From: Lophium mytilinum
Lineage: Eukaryota
Direction: 5' to 3'
DNA length: 64,000 bases
NCBI GenBank assembly: GCA_010093605.1
Contig: MU004198.1
Coordinates: 870,726-934,725 of the forward strand
Shown here: positions 63,760 to 64,000 of the stretch, piece after piece
Layout: each line of letters starts with the position of its first letter
Numbering within the stretch: the first letter of the stretch is position 1
The notes under the pieces: model-generated
Database searches by the model: none
What the model was told of the DNA's origin: nothing
The model's input: only the letters and a program-made list of their open reading frames with translations
Position numbers and translations under genes: made by a program

Positions 63760-64000
63760 TCAGCCCGTCCACCCATCCCACTCCCGATACATCACCCTCA
63801 ACCTCTCCTTCTCGGCCTCGCTACCGAAAATCGTCTCCACTGCACCCTCACAAAGTTTTCTCACATCGTCCTTTGTGAGTTCGAAATGCTCCGCTGCGAG
63901 TCTATACTCCTCGCTCAATGGACTTTCAAACACGCCCACATCATCCGTCTGCACCGCCATTAGCGACTACTCCCTATCCCCAATATCATAGCATATCAAG
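63760..64000 (-). CDS. 3' end of an adenosine deaminase-like (ADAL) gene, truncated by the window edge
   Basis: TDDVGVFESPLSEEY..HF..IFGSEAEKERL; splice acceptor near 63949. Confidence 0.8.

Overview
Eukaryotic DNA from a filamentous ascomycete (Pezizomycotina, probably Dothideomycetes; inferred from short GT-AG introns with CTRAY branch sites and from gene content). About 29 genes or gene relics are recognisable. Housekeeping genes (Las1, Swd2, Oac1, OHCU decarboxylase, Dma1, MPP-alpha, Alb1/Ecm1-like, a USP deubiquitinase, an adenosine-deaminase-like protein) alternate with accessory blocks. The most interesting accessory features are: (i) a 19.5-28.3 kb block with a membrane-anchored lectin-like gene, a HET-domain gene, a SesA/HeLo-like + ubiquitin-like-domain gene and a bestrophin-type channel; (ii) a head-to-head pair at 51.4-56.4 kb in which both proteins have NLR-effector-like helical N-termini, one fused to a kinase-C-lobe-like domain and the other to PHD and C2H2 fingers; (iii) two small TA-flanked inverted-repeat elements (candidate Tc1/mariner-type MITEs), one inside an intron; (iv) several pseudogene relics and a small secreted Cys-rich protein. 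No rRNA, tRNA or CRISPR array was seen. All family calls come from motif recognition by eye, not database searches, and exon boundaries were placed by hand.
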